Assembly: GCF_016127575.1 (NCBI RefSeq) | Contig: NZ_CP066018.1 | Span: forward strand, 150,001-182,000 | Source of the DNA: Cupriavidus necator | Lineage (GTDB): Bacteria > Pseudomonadota > Gammaproteobacteria > Burkholderiales > Burkholderiaceae | Direction: 5' to 3' | DNA: 32,000 nt | Part shown: positions 31,916 to 32,000 of the stretch, piece after piece | Numbering within the stretch: the stretch's first letter is position 1 | Layout: each line of letters begins with the position of its first letter | Notes under the pieces: generated by a model | Seen by the model: the letters and a program-made list of their open reading frames with translations, nothing else | What the model was told of the DNA's origin: nothing | Databases searched by the model: none | Program-made: the position numbers and the translations under genes

Positions 31916-32000
31916 GATGCTTGCGCCGGCGCGGCGCTGTAGGTGATGGCGTGTTCGGCGGCGTCGGCCAGGATAAAGCCGATGGGTTGCGCGCGCTCTT
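31912..32000 (-). CDS. 3' end of an unidentified upstream gene (partial)
   Basis: The minus-strand frame is open from the window edge (...ERAQPIGFILADAAEHAITYSAAPAQAS*). The stop TGA overlaps the next gene's ATG (ATGA), an operon-style junction. The fragment is too short to assign a family. Confidence 0.3.
   Translation of the reverse strand, partial: ERAQPIGFILADAAEHAITYSAAPAQAS

Overview
GC-rich (about two-thirds G+C by eye) chromosomal segment. The gene content is typical of Burkholderiales such as Cupriavidus/Ralstonia: two Bug/TctC-type solute receptors, LysR and IclR regulators, a fused indolepyruvate:ferredoxin oxidoreductase and pyruvate carboxylase. The taxon is inference only. Layout from left to right: a 5'-truncated IOR-family gene, a Bug receptor, a convergent SulP/STAS anion transporter, a small secreted protein, and pyruvate carboxylase. 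Then comes a short accessory-looking stretch (9.9-11.2 kb) holding a Trp-rich mini-ORF, an AT-rich palindrome island and an unusual repeat protein. That protein has a His-rich DUF1399/GRDP-like domain fused to nine tandem 12-residue AYCAR cassettes, encoded by a 36-bp tandem DNA array. It sits directly downstream of a large CHASE-PAS-GAF-GGDEF-EAL c-di-GMP protein. From 27.4 kb down to 14.8 kb there is one long co-directional minus-strand cluster behind a LysR gene: CaiB-type CoA-transferase, HMG-CoA-lyase-like, LeuC/LeuD-type dehydratase, Bug receptor, beta-hydroxyacid dehydrogenase, a Liv-type ABC transporter, an NTF2-like protein and a YciI-like remnant. This cluster is interrupted exactly at the livM/livG junction by a ~1.14 kb TnpB-only IS200/IS605-type element on the opposite strand. 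The element has LE/RE hairpins, and its TnpB lacks the canonical RuvC-II glutamate. The right end carries an IclR (PcaR-like) regulator convergent with an intradiol dioxygenase, an acyl-CoA synthetase and a partial upstream gene. The most novel candidate is the repeat protein at 10465-11184, and the second is the TnpB element. Most long ORFs in the six-frame track that run antisense to these genes are GC-driven shadow ORFs. All family assignments come from motif recognition by eye; no searches were run.
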